Shown here: piece by piece, positions 12,676 to 24,100 of the stretch
Numbering within the stretch: position 1 is the first letter of the stretch
Layout: each line of letters opens with the position of its first letter
Translations under genes and position numbers: made by a program
The notes under the pieces: generated by a model
The model's input: only the letters and a program-made list of their open reading frames with translations
Databases searched by the model: none
Told to the model about the DNA's origin: nothing
Source of the DNA: Cycas panzhihuaensis
Taxonomy: Eukaryota > Plantae > Cycadophyta
Direction of reading: 5' to 3'
DNA: 64,000 nucleotides
Assembly (NCBI GenBank): GCA_023213395.1
Contig: CM041465.1
Coordinates: 218,681,741-218,745,740, forward strand

Positions 12676-15199
12676 ATATGTCATTATGCAAATACTTGAA
12701 TACTAGCATCATCTCCTAGACAAGAAGATGGTTATCCACACAAACCATAAGCCTCTCAAGTCTCTCCACTCTTAAAGTTGGATATAAGAGCAAATGGTAT
12801 TTATACTTATAATAGTTCCACCTAATAATTAAGTATAAGAAAATGGCCACCAATAAGGTGGTAGATTTTCTTAGTAGTCCTCCCATGTGTGTTGTACTTG
12901 GTATATTGGATACAAGATGTGTGAGATATTCTAAGTGGCAAAATGCCTATAGCTCAAATCTAGATGTTGGCACTATCTATACTACGATACATCATCCCAT
13001 TCAAGTGGAGCAATAACCATTCTTTAACTAGCACTTGTAGGATGGCCTAGTATACATGATACATCGTCTTTATATGCCACATGAGAGTAACAGAAACTAG
13101 CTTCTTAAGGAAGCTTGCACTTCTTGTTATAGAGGATACTCCAAGGTTTGAAAGACCCTACATCACTTGTGAAGGTATTTCTATTAGATATATATGGGTA
13201 GACATGTGGAGTAGTATATTAAACAATGTGACTTTTATAGCCAATCCAAACCTTTTAATTGGAAGATAAGCATATATTAATGTCTTCCTATACTCTCTTG
13301 TCGTTGGGAATCCATTTCCATACACTTCATTAGTCGACTACTCATGACCCAACACAAATACTCTTATATAATGATCGTGATTTGTTAATTTTTTAAGATG
13401 GTAATGTCCATTCCATGTGACAAGACCACAAATGTACCACCCATTGCCAACTCTTCTTTAACCATGTTTAGTTACATTTTGGATCACCTTTCATTATTAT
13501 CTTAAACAAGGACATACTTTTCATCAACCATTTCTAGAAAGTACTTTAGAAGTTCTAGAGTTATAAACTCTATTACTTCTCTACCTTTCACACCAAACAG
13601 ATGGGCAATTAGAGGTAGTCAACAAGACCCTAGTTCCCTCTCTTTATATCTACTAATATGATAATATCTAGTGGGGTAGTTCTCTTATGATAGCTTAGTA
13701 TGATTACAATTATATAATTCATATTTCTATAGAACACTCTCCATTTGAGGTAGGTTACATCTACTAAGCAATAGCCACGTATGAACTTCCAATGGCACTT
13801 CCATTACTAATAACACACCATAAGCAAGCAATGTAATAAAAGATGGTTGTTTCTATTGAACACCTCCAACAAGTGCATGCCAAAGTAGAGGAGATCATCA
13901 CTAGATCCTAGGCTAAATATAAGGCCCAAAAGGACTGTTACGTGGTCCAACATGATTTCTAAGCAGGCAATAAAGTTTGACTCCACTTGAGTAAGCAATG
14001 GTCCAAGTGTAAGATTAAACCCATTAAGTTTGAGCCACATCAAATCATCAAAGCAATAGAGCCTAATTTTGTCTACTTGGATCTCCTAACTCATCTTAGG
14101 ATACATGATGTCTTCAACTTCGACAGTGTCAATTGTGAGCTACCATTATTGGAAGAAGAGGTTGAAGTAGCACATCTAGAGGTCATGATACCTAACTTTC
14201 AACCTTCACTTCCAACAAGCATCTTTCTAGATACCAAGGTTGAATACCACACAACACTATCAAATCACCATATACTTCGTGGGAAAGAAAGGCATTTTTC
14301 CATCACCAACCAAACGGATTTTAAAGGAAATTTCTTAGCATGATTTTCTACATCTATAATAGCTGATGAAAATAGGGATAATTTCCATGTAGCACTAAAT
14401 ATGACATATGCACTTTTAATCTTTTTGAACATCAAATTCGCTTAGAGTCCAAAAAGCAACTTTAATTTAGGGGGAGTTAGTTTAGTCAAAATAGTCATGC
14501 AATGAGTAGATCCTTATTTGTTCCATATAATCAATAGATATCTATTAATTTTTTTATATTTGTCCCTTTGTCTAATGATGATGTAAATCCAACATCATAA
14601 AAGAAAGAGGGGACACATTCTATTGTATATTCATTATAGGTTTTGAAATAGGAGAGAATTTTTAAGTCTTTTGATCCAAGCCCCTCCCAAGCCCCTCCCA
14701 AGTGTATTTTTTATGTGTTGATCTCAACATTCCAATTAAGTCTGGGCCATTAATCAACTCCAACAACTCTAGCATAGTCTTCTCAACATTCAGAAGAAGG
14801 GACTCATCTCTCTAAAACCAAGGTCCCCTATTCTGGTTTGAACTCTAGATTTTTGTGCTTTGAAATGACATGTTCTACTAAGGAAATCTTGAGGAACAAC
14901 TATAGGAATGCTACATGTAGAGGGACGCCTAATGGATGACCACAAGAATGCTACCTAGAAAGGAATGCAGTGAAATGCTAAGGGAATGGTTTGTGAAATA
15001 ACAATCATAGAGGAATGCCCAACAAAACGATTCAAGAACACTACTTAAAGAGGAACACTCCATGGAATGGTTGCAAGAACGACATTTGTAGCGTTAGAAT
15101 CCTAGTACAGAGCTTCTTCCCTTCTTTGAAGTTTCTTGAAAAACTTCATGTTTATCCTCTTTGTTCCACCTCAAGTCATATCACAAACTATATAAGATG

Positions 15200-15440
15200 G
15201 GTTCCAAGCATATCTTATGGAAGTGTGCGTTAAAGCATAAGGTACAATGGACAGAAAAATTAACCCATGAAGTTATTTCAAGTCATCATTTTGTAGCATA
15301 AATTACAATACAAAAATTCATGATTGGTGGGCCTAGTATGTTTTTCAATATTACCAGTTGGATTAAAAAGTGTGATGTTTATCAACAAATAGGCAAAATA
15401 AATAAATAGGATTTCATGCTATCGAATCAAATCCTAAAGA
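15200..15440 (+). mobile_element. Gypsy (Tat/Athila-like) integrase zinc-binding fragment
   Basis: Degenerate translation ...HEVISSHHF..TIQKFMIGG-PSMF..W IKKCDVYQQIGK..DFM, resembling H..GHF..TA.KI..G.WP.LF..CD.CQR.G. Confidence 0.5.
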
Positions 15441-16289
15441 GAAAAGGTGTTATTAACAAGGACTCTCAACTATTGCTCTAACTCCCAAGTGATGTATGCT
15501 TAGAATTTGCCACTATTGCATGTGAAGCTTTCCATAAGATATTTATGATAGCAAAATGCATAAAGAACATATTGGGCGGTCGATTGGCCTATGTAACAAA
15601 AGGGAGGTCATTTGCATGTACCATAGGTAAGTTGACCAACATACCAAGTGGAAGATAGTGAGTATACCAAATGAGATATGAAGGGCATACTAATATATGC
15701 AGGTTGAGCATATAACAAGGCATATTAAAGTATATAATATCTAAATGTAATAGGGAAAACCAATCAAATGCAAGAATGCATTCCAAAGAATAATTGTGTA
15801 TGTTGTTAAGAGATAGCAATGGTTAATTACAACTAAAATAATTGTTTCTCAAGAATGAGGTGTTAACATGAAAATATGTGATTAATTATGGTTAGCAATT
15901 AATGAATAGACATGACTGGATATGGTGTGCAACCCTTAGCTAGGAACAAACAACTATTCTCAAATTGTATTTGTTGTTAAGGTCTAGGCATTCATTTTGT
16001 ATAATCATGAGTGAATATATATATACAACACTATTAAGAATCAATATTATAACAATTACAACCAGACTTACATTCCAAATATATATGCCTATATATTCTA
16101 AAGGTATCTATATTATAAAGTTATATGATGCTCAATATTAAAATGAATTGCATGTTGATGCTTCTAAAATAAAGAGAAGCTCAAGAATATATAACTTGCT
16201 AAAAGATCAAAAAAATTATTATAGATGAATAAGGAGGCTTAAGTTAAGATATGTGGGAGGATGCTCCTATAGAGCATCAAGGGATGCAG

Positions 16290-16450
16290 ATTGGTTGGTC
16301 TAATGATAATTTTAACAGTGGTAATTGAAGTTGAGTGTCATGCTTCACCTATGGGAATTGGTGTTATACTTGGCCAAGAAGGCAAACCAACTACATTCTT
16401 CAACAAGAAGTTAAATGATGTGAAGAAGAAATATTCTACTTAGAAAGAAT
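16290..16450 (+). mobile_element. Gypsy RNase H fragment
   Basis: IEVECHASPMGIGVILGQEGKPTTFFNKKLNDVKKKYST, matching FEVECDAS.GIG.VL.QEG.P.AFFS.KL. Confidence 0.75.
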
Positions 16451-17294
16451 AGACTTGTGTATAAATTATAAGCTTTGTGTACCCCTCAAGTTATAGAAAT
16501 CAATTGATCCATGAAAAATATTACTCAAAGATATTGAATACAACATAGAAGAAGTGCACAATTTATAGCATGCAAATTGTAGCAACGCACTAAAAATCGA
16601 GCAAACTAGCACAAGTAATACATTAAAGATCACTCTCTCATAAGATCATTCCCAAACACACGTAGCATATGTTTAGAGATGTTTATTGCCTTTAACTTTA
16701 GTGTAGGCACATCTTTGTTAACAATCCATATTAAGACCAAACAAATTATATGATTTATCATTTTTATCTTCTTAGAAATGGACTACTATCCTTAAAGGTT
16801 GGTAGATATGATTGCCATTGTATAATCATTCCCATATTCCCTTGTTAAATAAATCAGTATTATTTTAACATGCAAAATTGAATTATTAACCTTAGTCTCT
16901 TCAACCTACGGGTGGACTTACTACCTTTGGAACCTTCCAAAAAATAATAAATACGGCTAATACATGAGCATTTTGTTATTTATTTCCACAAATGATTCAT
17001 CACAATCAAGCAATCCTTTAGATGTAAATAAATACTTACCTATTTCCCTTTTATATAATAATTATCACATCTGTATTGTTATTCCTTAACATTGGGGATT
17101 AAATTAGCTCCCGTAAACTTATTCTCAGTGAAATGTCTAGTTACCACTAATTGCACTTAACAATTTTTTTATGAATCACAAATAATATCCCTATTCAAAC
17201 TTAAGGCAACCAAGCATGCACAAGTCCCACAATTAAAATTTTGCACTTGGATATACCTATGTTAACATAGTCTCAATCATTCAAAAGGACTTGT

Positions 17295-17314
17295 TATATA
17301 TATATATATATATA
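17295..17314. repeat. (TA)10 microsatellite
   Basis: Directly visible. Confidence 0.95.
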
Positions 17315-20300
17315 ATCTTTATCATTACTTAACTAGTTTTAAAATCCCTATCGTAATCTATACTTCACTCAAACGTTACGTATGCTTTAAGGGATAACAT
17401 TTTTTAGCCATCCAAAACCATAAGTAATGTAACCACCGTACAATAAATACACCTTACATTCAAGGTCAAATATTAATGAATATAGTCACAATTGAATGGA
17501 CATATATTTATGCAACCTAACCATGAAATTGTATGCCATGTTGCTGACCAAGTAAATCAAGTTGAACTAGGGCACCAATGGTTTGACAACTAGATACCCT
17601 TTTAATGTTATTGTATTTGGAGACATTCACACTTTTCTATTCAATTGAGTTGGGTGTGATGCTTGTAATAACAATGGTTTGTTTTCTTTGCATATGTTAT
17701 TGAAGTAGAGAGTTAATATAATGTAAAGATTCAAGTAAATTTCATGTTTATGTGCTATATTTATATAGCCACTTTGATTGCATGGAAAAGAAATTGGGGG
17801 TTGTCCCCTACCCTAGTGATTATATTAGCATGGACCATGAAGTGGTTAGTCCTTGCCCCTTCAAGTATGGTATACGTATAAAGTGCATATGTGTGTGTGC
17901 TTGCCATGTTTGTCACTTATATAATGACTTCTTGTTTTACATTTTTTTTGTATTATTATTCACATTAGATTATTAGGTTTACATTATGGAATGCACCATA
18001 GATTTCTATATGTAAGTTGTCCATGAAATTGTTATTTTTGTGCACTCGCAATATTATTGATGTAATGACATTTTTTGTTTGTATGAATTGAGATAATTAG
18101 CTCTTATTTTCTATGTTGTTGGCATAGTATGTTAAAGTTCATGTTTTGAAATTTGTGTTGGTAAGCATATCGACATACATGTTTTAATCTCATTTCTTTT
18201 AGGAATAGAATAGTATGTGTGGGGTCAAATGTTTGAGTCTTTAGTTTATCACGAATAGGCTCCTTGTGTTTAGGGACTATCCCTGTCTTATTTTTTTCTC
18301 ATGAATCTTAGGCATTCATTTGTTGATTTGAGAAACAAACCACCCCCTTTTAATCCAATAATGGGCTATATCACAGAGGTAGAGTGCAAAGTTTTTCAAA
18401 ATCAACAAGCAAAGAAATAAGTAAAATAAAATGAACAAATCATTTTTTTTAAATAGAAATACAATGAAATAAATTTTAAAACAATCAAAAAAACGAAATG
18501 AAACGAAATAAGAACGAAAAGTTGATACTCTTGGATTAACTTTTCTACGTGAAAAAGAAAATAAAATATGAACTAAAACATTTTAATATTATAATAAAAT
18601 AAGATTGAAAATAAGCATAGGTTTGGTCTTTTCCAAGATCATTTGTTATTGTCTCCCAATTCCCAATGGCCAATCCTCTCTCCCTTCAATCTAACAGTCA
18701 ATCCTATGCTACTATTAACTTTGACCCGTCATTGCGACAATCATCTCTAGAATGGTTCAGCTATGGGGATCCAAAATGGCGTCTCCCCAAGAGGCCAGGG
18801 ATAAACCAATAAACCCTCGGTAGCTAACGTGGATAGGGTAATAGCTGTTGAACGTGATACTTGCGACCAATGGGAACGAGAATATACGAATTAATGCAAC
18901 AATGCTCTATAGAAGAGCTATCGAACTCCAAAAATTTCCTCTCCAACTCAACAAAAAGACTCGGAGTAAACTAATGAACCAGAGCTAGGGACTGTTAATA
19001 TGGTAATACGAGATGAATGAGAAAAATGAAACATGTGACAGAAGGGTTCGAGAATATAGGGTACGATGGATTTAAATGGAAACAAAGGACCAACTACAAA
19101 TAATAAGAGATAAATTAAATGGCTAAGATAAATTAAAATATACATGGAAATATATGAGAAATAAAGTAAAATGTCACTAAAATGTCTGTACCGACTGAGA
19201 AATCCCTGAAAAAGGGTAAAGTCTCCTCGTGCATCCACAGACTTCCACCAATCCAGCAGTAATCCCATCAAATCTCAAAATATGAAGAATAACTAAATCA
19301 AAATCCAGGAGACTAAATCTTTGAATACATCCTCAGCGCAACTGATTAGTTGTATAAATAGGTTTGAAAAAAATGAAGAAAATATTGAATCAAGAGGGCA
19401 AAAGCAAGCGGTATGACCTAAAACCCTTATCCTAAATACATTTTTCATTTTTTATTCCTAGTTTCTTGCTCCTCATCCAAATTCAAGCTCTCTAACAATT
19501 CCTCTAGTTAATCCTGTGTCTTTGCATTTGATGATCTGGCACTCTTCAATCTAACAATTTTGGCCAAAAAAGGGAAAGAAAAACAGAAACTCATTAATGA
19601 CTCAGTGAACTGGTTTAGTTCAAGCGGGTGTTAGAAACAACTCGTTGAGAAAACCCTTTCATGATGCCACAAGAACAGAGCATCAGTCAATATGCACAAC
19701 ACAAAGAAAATGCGTGTCATTCAAAATCTCACATAATGAGCAATTTAGATTTAGGTAGTCAGGCCTAGGATTTCTCTCCTCCTGTTTTGTATGGTGGCTT
19801 CTGCAAAATCATTTGAAAATTCAAGAGTAATTTCTTTCCTACATTTTTGTACATGAAACCACTCGTGTTAATTAAAATACCCATCTTTTATTTTTATGTA
19901 TGGTTTCACACATATATGTACGAGTAAGCCCATCTTCCGGTATGTTTCTATATGTTTTTCTTTCAATTAACCCTTTCACCGTGCACAAGCCCTTCTTAAG
20001 GCATTGCATCAAATAACTAACTGACACATTCAATTCAAGCTCCAAGAATTAACAAGACCTTAATTGTTTATTTGCAAGCTTGAGTTCACAATGAAATCCA
20101 AACCTTTGTATGGCAATTCTCACACAGCAAAAGAATCAACAAATCAGCCTTTGGAATTTCGCGTCAAAAATGGGCAGCTTGTGAGGGATTTCCCTGTAGC
20201 ATATTTCAAAGCTGTAGAATGCTTGTGAGCTACTAGTACGAAAGTCCAAAACTCAACTGACATTAATTAATGCAAATTTCTCTTGCTTTCCAATAAATTT

Positions 20301-21078
20301 CAAGTGATAATGAGGTAACAAATGCCTCAAACCAGATCCAGATTAGCAATGTTCCACTCATACCAACCATTTAAATAACCAAGTTCCAATCACATGTAAT
20401 AATTAAATATTCAATCAAATGTTTATGCCATTACCTTGAGTTCAATCATGGGCTAGGCTTCATCCTTTGCTTTTGCCCACAGCATGATCAACACCCAAAG
20501 ACAATGGAAACAGAGGATACCAGGCTACCTTCTATTTATATGCTAAAATGACCCAAAGGCCACACAAATCACAATGGACAACCGCCAATTGGCAGCTTGA
20601 CTTTCTTAAGACATACAAAAATACCAAAAGATGCTCGCCTAACAGGAAGTTGATTATGGTCCTATCCTGACTCTTGAATACATAAACATACATTGATCTG
20701 AAACCTGAATTCTTGTATTATAATCATACCACTCTTGGGAAATAACTTAGTATACATAATAAAAACTAACAATGAACCCTCTGAACTCATCTCATGCAAA
20801 AGCAAATGGAAATTAGATCCAAATAACGAAACTCATCGTAAGCCTTACAAAAAGACCATGCACATGAAAGCCAGCCTTTGTTGGACACTATCTCTGCCTC
20901 CAGTTGTCCTTCAACATGAATAGCTTTTTGGTGGTAGCGGTGACAATATTGAATATCCAGTAGCAGTAATGATATTGAATATCTGCAACTAGAAATCATT
21001 TCTTTTCATTATAGAAGGACCTGGAAAGGACACCAACCACAAAGCTCTGAAAGATTCATTCCCCAGAAATCCTGATGG

Positions 21079-21143
21079 TCACCGAGACTTTGTATCGTTT
21101 CCTTTGCTTCTGAATGATGAAAGTGAGAAGAAAGACCGTGGTG
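21079..21143 (-). CDS. CIP7-like: Coding exon 11 ([21 protein letters not shown])
   Basis: tttccacag| acceptor; TGA at 21081-21079; conserved C-terminus. Confidence 0.93.
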
Positions 21144-24100
21144 CTGTGGAAAAATAGCAGCATTAGTTCATTATCACGTAGGAAGCAAACAAACCAGGTG
21201 AAGGACCAGATGACAAATATCAATTAATTCAACAAGGTATGAACATAATCAATCAACACAAAATTCACCTTTAAGAGAAGAACCTCCTGCTAAATGGTCT
21301 TCTCTTAACTTAAAATTTGCAGGCGGTGCTGGAATTGAGCTTCGAAGTGATTGAACTGCAAAAATAGCATTGAATCAGTCTTCCACTATGGATGCTGAAG
21401 ATATCTAGAATGCCATCCATATCTCATTCTCAATTATTCAATCTATTCCTGAATTCAGTAGAAAATGGTAGAGCTTCAGTAGCATAATACATACTCGTGC
21501 CATGCTCATGGAAACTCTCGCCTTCTACAGGCCCGCTTATGCTTCCATAATCATAGTTTCTGTCATATGATGGGTGAATAGGTCCAAAGCCCATCCTTGA
21601 TTTTCGCAGAAGATCATCTGCAGATCTGATAGCGAGATCCCTCGTATCTTCTGTATCATCATCGCCTTCAGAAGTTGTAGATGCAGAAACCCAATCTGTT
21701 GTGACAGTTTCAGAACCACGGATTTTTCTACCAAATTTCAGAAGCCTCTTGAATCCCTTGGGAACATCTTTGTGGGATTGTTGAGAAACTACCAAAACAG
21801 GTTTCTGGGCAGTGCCCCATTTTTTGCGTGTTCTGGCTGCCTCAGTATCTGCTTCCATCATCTGAGAAAGAGAATGTGAATTCCAGGATGCAGGGCTTCC
21901 CATTGGAGAGTCCACAGAAGCATCAACATCAGAGGCCTCCAACATCTGAGAAAGAGAATGATGCATGTGTGAGTTCCACGATGCAGGGCTTTCTGCTGGG
22001 GAGTCCAGTGCCATGGCCACAGACGGGCTGAAATGAGCTGAGGCAGCAGCCATATGTAAAGAGGGAGATTCATTCATGTGCTTATGTGGGAGGGATGCAG
22101 CATGCCCTGCACTGGAGATGATCCCAGAACTTGAAGCCATTTCTCCATTGTGTCCTTGATTTCTGGCAGTGGAAGAAGATGACATTTGGAAATGACCAAT
22201 ACTCACATCATTCACTTGTGAATGACTATGAGAGATTCTGCCATTATCAGAGACACCATCATCCGATCTATCAGATGTTTGATTCAAATCTGCTTTTCCT
22301 TGTATCTCATTCTGAGATGTATCAGAGTCACCCTGAGCATCTGATGTTTCCACCACATTGCAAGTCGGTTTGCCAACTTCATTTTCTTCTGAAATGCCTT
22401 CAAGGGTATCCGCTGATTGTAGATTCTCCAATTCTTCCACAGTTTCCTCTCCATTATGATCACCAACTTCACCTTCATCCTCTGCATTTCTAGAATTATC
22501 AGCAGCCAGAGATGCTTTCATCTTAGCGACACCAGGTCCAGCACCTGGGCCTATTCCATTGCCTTTGCGGAGAAAGGGTTTAGCTTCCACTGAAGCAACA
22601 CTACCTTTCTTTGTCATTTTACTGTAAAAGATTGGTTCAGATGCTTCCTTGGCAGCTTTTAGAGGAGCCAATACGACTCCCTCATATGTGGGAGCAGATA
22701 TATCCTTCAACTCGCTCACACTTGCACAGCTTTTCCTCGTTGATTGGTTACGACGCACTTCCTTACTGCTGCTTGATCGCAAAGCAGAGAAAGAGCCATT
22801 AGCCTCTAGGGAAAAATCTTCACTTGCACTTTTGCTGCGGCTAATGCTTTTGGTCTGGCCACGAGATGTAGCCCCAACCTTTTCCAGCGTTGAATTCAAA
22901 CCCATCCGACCAGCTGACATCTTTGGATTCTCTTTCCTTAGATCAGCAAAGTTAGGAACAGATTGGGCCAGAGGATTTTCTCCCATGCCAGATGGACCCC
23001 TGCGCCTGCCTGAAGGGGTACTACTGCTGGCACTTGGAACTTTAACAGGCATGGAGGACCTTGGTGATGGAGATGTCAAAGATACCGAACTGCGTGGGGT
23101 TGTTGAAGGCATGCTTTTATTTGATGAAAGCTTCTTTACAGTATTTGTTTTTGACAGTTCTTTGGATGCACAAGAAGAAAACATTTCAGCAGGACCAGCA
23201 GCATTAAATGTAATTATTCTATCCTGTCTGTAAAATGCCTGCTCATTCAAATCGTCGATGTCCTCTTCCTCATCGCTTTCCTCTGTTTCGTTCTGCCCAA
23301 AACCTAATCAAAGTAAACAAAAAAAAAAAAAGGAAAAGAAAAGAAAAAATAACAAAAACAATACCAAAACTGAAGCACCGGCAGAAGCCTGCCTAGATGG
23401 TAGATAGACATAATTTGATGACATTTCCTGCAAAATTGAAAGACTCACCTGATGTTTCTTATTCTTGGAGGCTCGGACATTGAAAGACCTCAATTTTTCA
23501 GCACGCAGGCGAGCCTGGACTAAAGGATCTCGCTTTTCCAAGGATCTTGCACTCCTTGCTGCCATCTCTGCTCTGCTATGCTCGAGGGCTTCCTGCATGG
23601 CTCTCAGCTTGGCTTCTTTCTGAGCTCGTTTGGTCATTGGCTCCTCCCTGAGCTTTGCATCTCGCCTTTCCATGTAACGTTCATAGTATTTCCCCCTCAG
23701 CTCCACGGAAGGCCCATCATCACCTGTGCCCAATTTCTGTTCTGTGTCACTGCGGCCAGCCATGTTCATCAATGCAAGCATGTCGAAGTCGACTCCATTG
23801 TTCCAGGAGCTGCCAAGCGACTCTCTTCTGACATTCTGCACTGGTAATGCCAAGATCCTCTCCGGCTTTTCCGTAATGAATTGACTGGTTTCTTGCTTGG
23901 GTTTTTCGTAAGCTGCATACACTTTCTCTTGAGCCGTCGGTCCTTCTGACTTGACGGCCAGGGAGGAGCTTCTCCGTCCCAGGATTGCCACGTCTTCTGC
24001 AGCCTCTGCAGCAGCTTGACTTCTGAGCTTGTGGGCAACCAAAAATGCTTCCAACTGGTTGGCTCTCTCCCCGAGTTCCCCATTCAACTCCCGGTTTCCC

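Larger units (their letters stand above)
5530..15183 (+). mobile_element. Decayed Ty3/gypsy element (RT end, RNase H, integrase, 3' LTR ~14364-15183) interrupted by copia A
   Basis: YLAYIISA*SIHVNHEKVQVIK...HPIAYY...YNTYDKELY stops at 5983 and resumes as YVIMQ..VIHTNHKPLK at 12676; integrase FHTKQMGN/HPQTDGQ-like motif near 13590; LTR homologous to 36202-37074. Confidence 0.8.

Noticed and set aside
15592-16060. Possible solo LTR (TGTAA...TTACA)
   Set aside because: Flanks GCCTA and ACCAG do not form a TSD; no partner, PBS or PPT
18381-18529. Possible MITE (AGAGTGCAAAGTTTTTC ... GAAAAGTTGATACTCT) with GAAA repeats
   Set aside because: TIRs imperfect and no TSD found
20430-21078. Possible 3'-UTR introns (e.g. 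donor-like CAAG|gtaatg near 20435)
   Set aside because: No consistent donor/acceptor pair and the poly(A) site is unknown
23308-23448. Hydrophobic C-terminal tail ([18 protein letters not shown]) suggesting a TM or GPI anchor on the 690-aa ORF
   Set aside because: It is read-through into the intron's U-rich tract past the strong CAG|gtgagt donor
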